Of a DNA stretch of 64,000 nucleotides, positions 24,801 to 38,600 are shown one piece after another. A program made the position numbers and the translations under genes. This stretch comes from Dimorphilus gyrociliatus (taxonomy: Eukaryota > Animalia > Annelida): the NCBI GenBank assembly GCA_904063045.1, contig CAJFCJ010000038.1, positions 100,315 through 164,314 of the forward strand, given 5' to 3'. The notes beneath the pieces are model-generated. The model ran no database searches, was not told the origin of the DNA, and saw nothing but the letters and a program-made list of their open reading frames with translations. Numbering within the stretch: the stretch's first letter is position 1; each line of letters opens with the position of its first letter.

Positions 24801-27800
24801 GGATAAATCATGTGCGATGTTAAATTCGTTCAATGATGGTAAATGGGAAACTACTGATTGTAACAAACATCATCAGTATCTCTGTAAATTTCAATATTCT
24901 CCTTGTACGTATTTCTAAAGACAGTATATCATGTATACATAAATATTTGTGAATAATTATTCTTCAGCTTCAACTGGTAAAAAAGTTCTTTGGGAATATC
25001 TGCCGGAAACTGCCTATGAGAGTTATATGGTGTTTGGTAGTTTTAAAGTAACATCAGTTACTGAATGTATGTATAGGAGTCTTCAACTAGGCGGTCCAGG
25101 ATTTTCTATAAGTTCCGACGGCCAGAATTGCAAAGTTCCTACGCAATATAATATTAAAGTTGATAAGGAATCCAATATTTGGTCGAGTTATATTTTTGAA
25201 GATAACTGTGAATATCCTTTAATTGGAGGAAGTGCTGGTTTAAGTTTGGATAATATTTCGGTAGAAGCAACTGTTCAAGCATCAGCTAATCTATCAAATT
25301 TAAGATTTACAAATGAATTGGATGAGGTTGTCACTGGGTTTTATCAAATACCCAACGATTATAGTACATTCATAACGGTAAATGACATTTCCAACATATG
25401 TTTTCCTTATAAAAAACAAATAAAAGAAAAACTTTTTCAGTTTGATTTTAAACAACAAATGAAAATAAACCGTTTAGCCATTCAAACATCCGGTGATCCG
25501 AATGTCGACTATATTGATTCGTTCTATTTGCATTATATACAGGAAGACAGCCTGTGGCAGACGGCCAGGGGTAAAAGAGGGGGAAAACTGGTAAAGAAAA
25601 TATTCGTATTTTATTACTTTGTATAGATGTATGTTTTTGTTTGTTTGCTTTTCAAGATATTCAAAGCAGCGGGAAAGAGTAATGAGGAAAAAGATGTTTT
25701 TATAAAACCACAACTATATCCTTACAAGCTGGCCTTTTCTTTGGCTAACTTTTCTGGATCTCCGTTATTGAAACTTGAATTCTACGGGTGTCAAAAAGTG
25801 CAATATTTGATTCCAAAAGAAGATGTTGGATCATTGAAAAGTGACAATTTTGCATTTAGAATATCACAACTAGCGGTTACCAGTTATAGGCCTGAAAATA
25901 ATTCAATTAATGATATTCATCACGGTTGTCAATCGATATACGGTAGCGGTGACGGTTCATTTTCAACTCAAAGTCTAACTACAGATGATTTTTGGATGTA
26001 TACATTACCGACGGACTTTTCTTTAGTGGGCATAAGTACAGAAGGACACTGTACCGAACATAATTTTCTTACATCATTGATAATAAAATATAAGCTGAGT
26101 AACAGTTTTGCAGATGTATTTTATCTTAAAGATGGAGAACAAACGAAAATTTTCGATATTCAAGAGCATAGCGGTAGATGGTACTTGGGTCTAGTGGAGC
26201 CATACCCTACAAGTTCCTCATTCGCTTTTCAATTAGCTAACAAACAAGCCAACAGATATGCGATAACAATGGAACTATACCTTCAGCAGAAAAATCTTGG
26301 GAGATTACGTCTTGGACCTTTTACTTCTTCTACTGTAACTTTTTCAAGCAGCACATCAACTTCCCGACACAAGATAAGTTGGATAGATTATTACTCACCT
26401 TGGGTTCATGCAGACGACGATACCAGTCCCTGGATAAGATACGATCTAACAAATTTATATTTAATACAGAGAGTGTTCTTAAGAGATTCAAGAACCTTTA
26501 GTACCAATGACTGTAAAAATTATCGCATACATATATGGCAATATAAAGGTGATAACAAGACAGAGATTGTAAGTGTTGAATAAAATCATTTTGTTATTTT
26601 TTCAATAAAAACATAAACAACAATTGCAGCCATTTACTTGCTCGAAATTTGATTCCTCCAGAAAAAAAGTCACATTTTTTCCACATTTATTGGTTAATGC
26701 AATACAATTCACATTTATAAATGACAGCATCTACTTGATACTTATGGTATACGGTATGAGAGCAGACCAATGCCCTCCAGGTGCAGTAAGAAATTTTGAT
26801 AAATGCTATACAATAACCGATGTTACTGATAATCGGACGAGAGCTGAAAATTTATGTAAAACTGGTTTCTCTTGGAATGGTCCAGGCTCGTTGATTATGC
26901 CTAAAACATCATTGGAAAGGAATTTCGCCAATATGCTTTTGTATTATAAAGGGTTTGTAGTATGTTTTATTTTGCATGTGTATTTTTCTCTCTGTCTCTC
27001 TATCTATCTATCTATCTCTATCTCTCTAACTAGGTTATCATTTTTAGATTTAAAAATGCTAAATATCACGTTGGCATGAAAAAAGTATCGGCTGGTAATT
27101 ACGTTTGGGACGATGGTGAGACTGTTGAAAATTACATTCCAAGAACGTACGACTATTCAATAAATAGTGATGATGGTTCCTGCGTTGTTGCGAGTCGATT
27201 TTTTAATGATGTAGATTGTTCGACGAAAGCTTACACAATATGCGAAACACCTGCACAGGGTACAAAACAAACAAACAAGTTTTTCTATATTTTTAAATAC
27301 TTTAGACATTGAGTAAAACTTTATTATTTATTATTTCAGTAGTGACAAGTTGCCATCAAGTTTGGTCGGTAAGAAGAGGAGAATCGACAAGACCACCTAG
27401 CTACTCTAGAGAGATGCACGATTTGCGAATGTGTTTAGGTCTTTGCAAAGACCCCATTTGTAAAGGAGTTTCTTATGTTCCAAGGTAATTATGATTGAAC
27501 GATTAATACAAATACAATTGATGGATTGATTTAAATTTAGGGAATATGGCTTGACGACGTGTCGCATTTTTAACTCTGCTACTCCGCACGAAGAATTGGT
27601 GGTCAATAGCGGTAGTTCAATTGTCCTCTTCGACTACTCGTGCCTTTCCGACGGTGTGCATAGATTGCTGCCAGAAGGAAATGAAACAGAATCAAATTTT
27701 GGCGTTACTAGTAAATTCTACAATGCTGTAACAAAGAATTATTATCTCGACTACTCATCGATGGGCAATGAAGGTGCAACTTGCCTAAAGGACTTACCTT

Positions 27801-29612
27801 GTTTTATACAAATTGAGTTTAAACAAACTTATGAATTTTTTGGCTTTGTAACGCACTCAACAATTGGGGAGGGAAATGATAGACACTATACAAAAAAAGC
27901 ATATGTTCAATACCAGACTGATAGGAATTTTCTTTGGAATTTTCATAAGAATGAAGCTTTAAATCAAGTAGTTGTAAGTATTGACGAAAAAAAAATTGTT
28001 CTATTGACATTCTCTCTCTCTCTCATACTCTATATTATTGTTTTAGGATTTCGTCATTCAAGATGAATTGAATTTTCACTCCTATCACGAGTTGTTACCT
28101 ACAAGGAAAGGTATTTCCTTTAGAATGGTAGCCGAAGAGTCTTTTAACAATGCCTCTCTCTCTCTTCAAATATATGGAAAAAAAGCAATCGCCAGTGGTA
28201 CTATTAAGAAATGCAGCTATAGAATTGGATTGGAGCATTCCAATGTAATACTAGATCACCAAATTTATACCAATTCAACTCATACAGATCCGACTACAAG
28301 TCTAAAAGATATTCGTTTAAATTCAAATCCAAGTAGTAAAGATTCTTTAGGATGTTGGGGTCCGTTGGTTAACAATAGCGCTTATGTAGAAATTGATTTG
28401 GGATATATTTTCAATGTCACTGGTTTAATCTCTCAATCCTGTTCAAAACTATCAAATTTTGTCTATAAATTCAGAATTTCTTATCGAGTAGACACAAGAG
28501 AGGAATGGTCAGAACAGGTGATATTTTCTCCTTTTTATCTTAGTTGTTTTTTATTCATTCTTCCATTTGCTTCTTCTTCAAAACAGACTTTAAGCATTTT
28601 TAAAAAGTACATACAAAATGCCGAATACCATTCATTTTTTGATGCTATAAGAGCCAGATACGTTAGGATACAACCGTTAGAGTATGACGTCAAAAATGCT
28701 TTTAGAATTGAACTGTTGGGTTGTATGGATCGTAAGTAAACAACAGAAGAGATGATTGGACAACAACAATAACAACTAAATAACAATGTTCTTATAACAG
28801 AGGCAGAAGTGATTCGAGGTCCTCCATTCAGTTTACTTCATCCCAAAGGTATTCGTGTCGATTCAAATATTATTGGAGAAGTAGTCGCTTGGGAAGAAAT
28901 TGATCATACAACGCCGCTAATATGTCCCAATCAAACCGATAAAGATCTCGTATTGTCTATAGATTTTAAAGAGATCTATACTATAACCGGATTTAGAGTT
29001 AGTACTGGTAAAGAGGGCGAAGTACGGTTCAATTTAGAATATACCTTTAAAGTTACGGAATGGAAGACTTTCAACGGAGGATTCGATCAAATTATAAATG
29101 TCCGTATACTACACATTTTCTATTTTCCTCTCTCTTTTTTCTATTGTTCTAATAACGTTACAGAGTACATCAAACATTCAAGATATTCATTTTGGACGTC
29201 CAATTATCCTCAGATATTTAAATTTGGTATTGAAGAATGATAATCAGTTTTGTTTCAAATTGACATTTAATGGAATGAGATCCGGACGTAAGTTGTTGAA
29301 CATTTTCATAAAAAATCCTAAAATCATTGTGTATATTGAAAATATTTATAAAAAAATAATATAGCGTGTCCATCCGGATTTGTTGAGTACGGATCGAGTT
29401 GTATTAACTTTCTTAATAGGCCTTCTTCAAAGGAAGGTGTACAGAAGGTTTGCGAAGGTGTCAACTGGTATGGAAAGAGCTCATTAGTTAGTCCAAAAAC
29501 TGACCAATTTTTCCACATGTTCTTGAGTTCATTATCATTTGGGTAAATAATTATATACAATAGAAGAACATTCACTTGTTCACTCTTTTACGCATTGCCT
29601 CCTCTCTCTGTC

Positions 29613-29651
<39 letters not shown>

Positions 29652-32600
29652 AAATGATTATGAATGTTTTAGGTTATCCTTTACACCATTTATTGGATTA
29701 AACGAAACGGCTTCAAAGTATTATTGGGATGACGGAAGTGTTATTCCGGACGACTACGAAATGGTATTTAAAAAACCCTTATCAATCAGTGGAGATTGTT
29801 TTGTATACAACGACGGCGCTTTGGATAAACGCGATTGTTCTCTAGAGAATGGTTTAGTGTGCGAGACAGAATCAGCTGGTAAAAACGATAAATTCTATTA
29901 GTAAACACTCTTTTTTCCTTGTAATATTTTTTAACTCTCCCCCTCAGCTAACGATACAACAATGCCACTTTACATGTGGACAGTAAGAAGACACGTTGCG
30001 CCTACCGACAGTCAGACATTTCAGAATTTTACAATCGTTGAGAACACTAATTACGATTGCTTAAAATTATGTGAAGAAGAGACTAGCTTCGAATGTTTAT
30101 CCTTTACTACTGATTTGGCGGCGAGTGAATGTAAAATCTACGCGGATAATACTCAAAATCCTCAATTCCAATTGAAAACTTCTCCAAATCTATTTTTTTT
30201 CGAAAAACTTACTCAAATTTCTTGCCCTCCACTTATACAATCGTCCGCCTTCGGTGTCATGTGGAACGTCTCTTCCGAACAATCGCCTACAACGTCCAAA
30301 CTTCAATTACCGTTCTATAAACGTTCGTCAACCTCCGGTCTCTATTGGCAAGCCGAAGCGTCCGATTCTCAACCGTGGTTGTTGGTCTATTTCAGCAGTG
30401 AGATTACCCTGACAGGCATCGTTCTACAAGGTAGTGGCCGGACTGACGAAGATAATTACATAACAGAATTTACAATTAAAAAATCGATGGATAATATTGA
30501 TTGGAAAGATATTGAACCAACAAGCGGAAATGGGAATATATTCAAAGGTCTTACCGATCCGTATTTCGCTAGAGTGTACTTGTTTACGAAAAGAATTAAA
30601 GCTAAATATTTGCGAATGGACATTATTTCCTTTAATGGAGATGCCGTTGTCAGATTTGAATTGTACGGATGTAACGAAATAGTAATGGACTGCTTTTTGG
30701 AAACAGAATCGAAATTAACTTCAATTTATCAATTTAATACGAAATGCTACAACAATTGGAATGTAATTGGCTACCAATATACATACGTCGATAGTGGAAA
30801 TCCACCTAAATGGACCAAATACGCGAATGGTTTAGGCAACGATAATGAATACGCTTTGGGCAATGACATATTAGCGAATATGACAGGTTTTAGGTCATAC
30901 TTCCTAAGAATTGATATGTGGTCTAAAGATGGCCAACATATTCACGCAGAATTTAAAAACATTCTCGTTTTATTTAAAATCACTCAATTTCTCCTAAACG
31001 TTCAAGAATTTCGCAGTGGAAAGGCAACTGATGGAAATTTTATTCAACCAATGAAATTCTACACAATTGATAAGGATAATAATCAGGGTTGCTCCGCAAA
31101 GCATAAAACTGGTTGGTGGTTTCCAGTGGATTCGTGTAATAGTTCTTCAGTTGTTAGAGGACATTCGGCATTTTGGTCGGTAAAGGAGACTGCTTTTAAT
31201 CCAGCGTCCTCTTTTCCAGTTGACAAGTACTTTATGAGGATGAAATCTTTCAACACTTGTATAATATTTTTAATAATTTTCTTTCAATTCCCTTTAAAGG
31301 CCTATTCTCCATCTATCATTTTTTTTTACAGTTGACGTTAGTAAAGGGAAAAAAGCTTATCAAAAGACGACAGAATTAGGAAATGTTGCCTCATTGGCGG
31401 TCGACGGCCTCTCCTTAACCAATGCGTTGAACGGTGAATGCGCAATGAACGAATTAACGTCAGATCCTTGGTGGGTTGTTTCTTTGGGTAAAATTTTCAC
31501 TATTGATTATATAGTGATATGGAATAGAAAAGACTGTTGCGGTAGGATGACTATAATTCAATTATATTGCCATATATGTATAATACATGTTTATTCATTC
31601 CTTAGAATCTGATTTAAGTGACTTTAAAGTGGGCGCAGCTAAAGAATTTGTCAATTTTACCTTCTCTGCAAGTAACTTTGAACTTTGTAAACATTATACG
31701 CAAACAGTTAAGTCTGGAGAGAGTGATTCGATCCTATGCGATAAGAGTTCTATTAACGGTTCGTTTATTGGCGTTTGGATGGAAGGAGCTAATAGGAGAT
31801 TGACGCTGTGCGAAGTAAAAATATATAGCAAAAATTCTGGTGAGAAGAGAATTAAGGGCAATTAGTATCTTTTATTATTATTGTTATTTATTCATCAGTC
31901 GGAAGAATAGGATATAAAGAATTGTGCGAATCAGACGATGATTGTATAGAGCCTCTTACAATATGCCTTCCAACAACGGACCCTTTTACCTTTGAGAATA
32001 TAGTGTACTCCTGCCTATGCGAAGAGGAAACAATAAGGGAAGATAACCAATGTAAACCTTGTAAGTAATAAAGAAACAATTCCGGTTTATCATTATTATC
32101 ATCATTGTCCTTGTCGTTGTTTGTCAGATGTCGATGTTGGTATTAAAAGTATGAAAAGACTAGATAAGAAATTGACAAGAGAAACGCTGGAATTGACAAC
32201 ATTCGAAATAGTGATAGAGAATCTACACGGAAAGGAAATAATACAAACATTGTTACCAATAGTTAACTTTAATATTTCATTATATTTAACGAATTCGGAT
32301 GAGAAAGTTTCGGAAACTTTTCAAATTCAATTACCTTTTGAAAGCATAGAAGAAAAATTGAACGGATCTTTGGCAATGAACAATTCCGTAGTATTGCCTC
32401 TTCAATTTAATTATTCGTTAAATATTAAAAATTGTAGCGATGTCAGTTACGTATGCGTTACAATAGATAGATCCGACTATAGATTGTATAAAGAAATTAA
32501 CGAGACAAACAACAAACTATGCTTAGCTGCGTCAGAGTTTGTCGAATGTCGTCCAGGTAAGAAAAAAAAATCATTCTCTAATGAATTATTAAAAATATAA

Positions 32601-35600
32601 AATACAACAACAACAACAACAGATTTGGATCTACTTTTGAAAAGATTGCATTGGACGTCTATGGAACCTGTTTATAGAGATTTACAATATAACCATTCAA
32701 TTGAATTGACTATTGAAAGTTTACCGATAAATTCATACGATATAATTCAACTCTACGGCGAGAGGATCAATTTTGATTTTGAATATATCGTCTCTAACCA
32801 GCAGCATCTATTTAACAGTACAAATCCAAAATGGACGTCTATTCTATTGAATATCGACGATAAACAAAAAGGCTTAGAATCTAGAAAAGAAGTGAAATTT
32901 CTGGCAAAAATTCTCGTAGAACTCGACAGAGCTGCTTGCGAGCAAACAACAACTATTCTATGCGTAAGGAGAAAGTTGTCATCCACCTCCAGTTTTCAAG
33001 AGCAAATCTCCCAAAATGATAATTTATGCATAGATATAAGCCTATTAAAAAATTGTACTCCAGGTGAAAAAAACTCACTAATATTTTTGTTTTTTTTTGT
33101 ATTATAACAGTATATACAGTATATATATATGAATTTTAACAACACAGATGTAGAGATAAAAAACACTCTAACCCTGCTCACATCTTCACTAATAAGAGGT
33201 TATAATCAGACCTTAAGCGGCATTATTCAATGGGAGAATATCGACAATAAGCACAGCATTGTTGAAATTCCAACTGGAAGGTTTAATTTCAACGTTACTC
33301 TAACTATTTCTGATAAAAATAAGAAGAACGATACGGCGGCAGAGTTGGATTTATTAATTTATTCTTTCGTCAATGATTCTAGTTTATTTATTGGTGAACA
33401 ATTAAAAGTCGATTTTAACGAGGAGATTTTAATACCGAGAGAATCTTGTTCTAATTATAAATTTCTATGCGTCGAACTAAGACCAGCGTTGGGATCTTCT
33501 TATTCCCTGTACAATCGTAACGATAACAACAACAACAACATTCATATTTCGTGCTTAAATCTAGAGAATATAGTTGAATGTGTTGGATTGAGAATATCTA
33601 ATTTAACGTTTAAAATAGAAGACAATAACCTTTTTGAGGGAAATAAGAATACATTTTCGGTAATATGGGATCTGGGAACGGATGTAAATTTCACCTTGAA
33701 CTACGGCGATAATGAGATATTCTTTTGGAATTGGTATAATTTTGGTCATATTCAATCTTATTCAAAGATTGAAAAACTCATCTATAATCATATCTATTTC
33801 AATTATAGTATTTATAATGTTACTTTAACCGCTTGGAATGAAGTTGATAAGGAAATAATTATTCTAACGAAAAAGGTTGAACCAATCCTCAAGGATTATT
33901 CAATCATTTCCAACCGTTACATTCCTGACGAACCTCCGTTAAGAGTTACATTCCTAGTTGACTATTTGAACGAGGCGAACTCGAATACGCAAGATATCTA
34001 CCTTTCCTGCTCCATTGATACTGGACACAACTTTACAGTTAATAAAAATGGTAGAATTCAATACGCAAAGCCATTTCTTATAGATTATTTGTATACAATT
34101 GACGTCATCGACGCCGAATCGTTGATAATTTGTAACAATACCATTTCCAACATAACCTACTCTAATCAATTTCTTCTTCAACAAAATGTTAGCGGATTAG
34201 AAATCGGCTACGACGTCGTTCTATGGCCTTCGTTTGTCAATGTATCATTAACGCTAACATTAGTGAATGGAAGCGATGTTGAATACGATATTTCGTACGG
34301 AAATGGTGTTATGGAAACGGTTAAAGTTCACCAATTGTACGCCAATCGTCAACCTTTCGTATGGAATTATTCATTTCCCGAAGATGGTAATTTCTTAACA
34401 ACGGCAATTGCGAGAAATAGATTTTTTAATACATCAGCTCAAGCTTCTAATTTGATTAAAATTCAACACGAAATTCAAGAGGTTGAATTAAAGGTCAACT
34501 ATTTCCCTCCAAGGAATATAACCATTCAACTTCGGGAAGTAAAGAATACGAAGATACCTACAAACGTAACTTGCTTCATTAATTATGGAGATAATAGTAC
34601 TGTTGAAAAATATGATTTTGTTGATTTATTGAATGGTATGTCGGTTAGTTATGTTTATAATAGAGCTTATAACGAAAGACGGAAGAGAAATTTAACAATT
34701 TCGGCCTACTGCCATAACAAACTCTCTCAAACTAATCTCTCTAGTAATCTTGTATTAGACGAAGAGATTAGGGGATTATCTATAGAAACGTCCAAAACTA
34801 TAATATCAACTTTTGAGTATTTTCTCATCAACATTTCAATTGAAACTGGAACAAAGATGAATGTTACATTCGACTACGCAAATGGTAATGTATTGAACTT
34901 TTACGAAGAAGGTCCCGGATTATTCATTACGTATAATTATACTTATAAAAATGATGGCGTCTACACTTTAAAGTTCAATCTGACAAACTCGGTAAACAGT
35001 ATGGAAATCTTACACGAACCAATTACAATTCAACATCGAATTCTAAACGCCTCCTTCTCGTTGGATTATATAGAGCCGAGAAATTTCACTGTATCTATTC
35101 AACAGTATTCTCCTTTACATATACCAACGAACGTCACTTGTATAACGGAAATAAAGAATTCGACGCTGGATCACGTTATATATCCCAATCTGGTGGAAGG
35201 ATTGTTAAGAAACTATAGCATTGAGAGAAGATTCAACGAGAGGAGATATAAGAATGTCAGCGTAACGAGTTTCTGTTCGAATTTAGTATCAAACGCTTCG
35301 TTTTCCCAATTTGTTATTCTAAGGGAGGAAGTTACAGATTTAAATTTTACATGCTCTACAAACGTAACAATTGTAAATCGTACAGTCAACTTTTTCGTAT
35401 CTACAAAAACTGGTGATGATTTAAAAGTTGAATTAGACTACGGTAATTCTCAACAGTATATATTCAACATTTCCAATTTCTATTCAACAACTATATACAA
35501 TTACTCTTATCCTCAAGTTGGCAATTTTACCCCTACTATTCGAATAAAGAATACTGTTAATGAACTATTTGAGGCGTTACCGTTACCTACAATTACTCAA

Positions 35601-38600
35601 ATACCAGCTTATACAGTAAACATAAGCGCCTTATCGTCAACAACTTTAGATGAACAACCAACAAATTTTTCCATAACAGTCAACGATAAAAGGGAATCGG
35701 CTACCGATGTATTTTGTTCTTATCAACTATCCGAATCAATAGAATTGGCCAAGTTCTATTACGAACCAAACTTGACAACAACTCAAACTGTTGTAAGATA
35801 TTATAGATATACTAGAAAAGATACTGGATGGAGATTTTCGGTGAATGTTACTTGTAAAAATCTGGTAAGTTCAATCAACTCTAGTCGGGAGATATTCGTA
35901 CACGAAAAGATAAGAAATTTAAGGATGACTTTGAAGAGAGCAGCGACAGTACCATTCGAAAATCAAGTGATAATATTATGGGTTGATACGGGATCATTGG
36001 TAACCTATTCAGTTCAATTTGATGATTTAGCTAGTTTTACGAAAAAGCATCCCAAGATATTTGCCTCTGACGAATCGTTCAAGTTTAATTTTATATTTAA
36101 TAAAATCGGTAATTATTCAGTTGGAATTAAAGCTAAAAACTATGTTAGCGAAGAGGAACTACTAAGGAATATATCCGTTCAGAATAATATTGAAAATATT
36201 ACTATAACAGCTAATAAATCGATTCTATGGATACCCGGAGTAATTGACTATGTACTAACGTCTAAACACGATCAAAAGAATCTGACAGATGTGCATTGTT
36301 CCTTTAACTTTAGTAATGGAATGACAAGATACGAATATATTCCTCTATGGGAACCTTCCACTAGTTTTGTATATTCCCAATATTTTCCTCGAACCGCTGT
36401 GGGAAATTTATCATCATTAATCACCTGCTATAATCTCGTTTCATCTTTCAATATAACGAGACCTACGGAGATTATCTTGGACGCGGTTATTATCGGTTCG
36501 CTAAAAGATAACGGAACTGTATTGTTGACGAATAGAACAACGATAATTACGGAAATTAGGCGTATGGGTACAAATTCGTGTTTGATCTTTGACCTCGACG
36601 ATAACGACAAACAATTAGCGTACGGAGTAAATGAATTTTGTAGAAATAACATTCCCGGAAATATATCTTATCAGCAAATTGAATATAATCAAACTTTAAT
36701 AATTTTTGACCACATTTTTTCAAATATTGGCAAGTACAACGTTACTCTGACTGCGTTCAATTTGATTACAAAGGATATCAGATGGTTTCGTTCGGAAGTG
36801 GCGGATTGGTACTGCAACGATCCGAACGCAACTATTGCCCAAGAATTTACGGATGAGCAGAGTTTTACAACAGTAATGAAGAGCAAAGAGTTATATATTC
36901 CATCGCTGGCCGAGTACAATTGTACAATGTCGAGACAGATTCTTCACAAATGGAGCGTTTATCAATTACAATCGAATAAACTACTCTATTCGTCCGACAG
37001 TTCGAAATTCGTTCTTCCTCCAAGAACTGTAGACTATGGAAAATATAGAGTTGAATATTTTATATCTATGCTTTGGCATCCTATCTTTAATAATTCGTAT
37101 ACAGCATACTTTGAAGTTGTACCAACTCCACTCCAATTAAATTTGACTAATGGAAAGACTTCAACAGCAATTTACGATACCAATGTAACTTTTGACGCCT
37201 ATACTCTAAGTTCCGACCTCGATAACGACCCGTCGGAAAAGTTCAAAGGAGTAACTTTTAAATGGTTCTGTAGACAATCTAACGAGAATTTTCCGACAAC
37301 CGAACAACTGAGACAACTCGATCCAGTTAATATTCCAACATTCGAAGAATTTCAAAACAATGGTGGCTGTTTCGGTCGCGGATCTAGTCTTGTTTACATA
37401 GAAAATAATGGAACATTTATTCTCAATACTTTCTTCATGCTACCCAACGCTAGTTATATTATTGATGTAAAAATGTCATCAATCTACGCTAATCGTAAGA
37501 AATTCTTTCAAATTAAATTCAATATTCCACCTCCAAAAGCTCCAAAATTGAAATTGACGTAAGTAGAGAGTTGTTTTCTCTCGTTGCTGTTGCTAATTTT
37601 ACACTTTCCTTTTATTGCAGTTGCGTTGATAATTGCCAAGAAAAGAAGGCGTTCAACGCCGAAACGAAATACGAAGTTGAATGTTTCGTCGGATGTTCTA
37701 GCCTCTATTGGCAGATAATATACGAATGGAAATTATTGATTAGACTTAATGGTTTGTGGTTTGAAAATAGAACAAACGCTATTCAAAAGCAAGCTAAAAG
37801 AGATAGCGAAATTGTATTCAAAGCGGAAGAAATGGCGGGAGGTCATTATTTCGATTTGTCGGTTAAAGGTTCTCTGGAGAAAGTTGGTGAAATTGAAAGA
37901 GTAAATGAGACATTTCTCGTGAATAAACCACCATTTGGCGGAAAGTGTTCGAGAGAGCCGAGCGAAGGATACGCATCAATAAATAAATTTGATATTACTT
38001 GTCAAGGATGGCAAGAATTCGAAAAACCACAATTCGCTCGAGATCTTAAATATGTATTTAGAAGTAGACCGAAAGGAGTGAAACCTAGTTTTCTTTTATA
38101 TTTCGCTCTAAAGAATGGAGCGGCTAGTCTACTCTTATCCGTAGGTGATCCAATCAATTTAATCACAGAAGTGATTATACAAATAATCGACTCTGTTGGC
38201 GATGTTTACAAGTTTATTTTGGACATGAAAGTAATGCCACCTCCAGAAAAGGAAGTGGATATTTTAAACTTGGTCAACTATCTATTAAACGCTAAAGAGA
38301 TGGAAAATCTTTTGGAAGCTGGAAATTATACAACAATTGGTCCTACACTGTATTCAATAGCGTCTATTTTGAATGCAAACTTGAATAAATCATTGGAAAA
38401 TTTTGAAAATATGACAACCAACGAAATGGAAGAGTATAGGAGTAATATTACAAAATTCCGAAAGAGGGTAAGATTGATTGCGTAATTGATTTTCATTTCT
38501 TTTTCAAACAAACCAACAAATTGCCACAGATTCGGGAAAAAATGGTTGAAATAGCTATACAACTTCCTTATCAAAGCATTAACGAATTGGAGCAAAGTAA

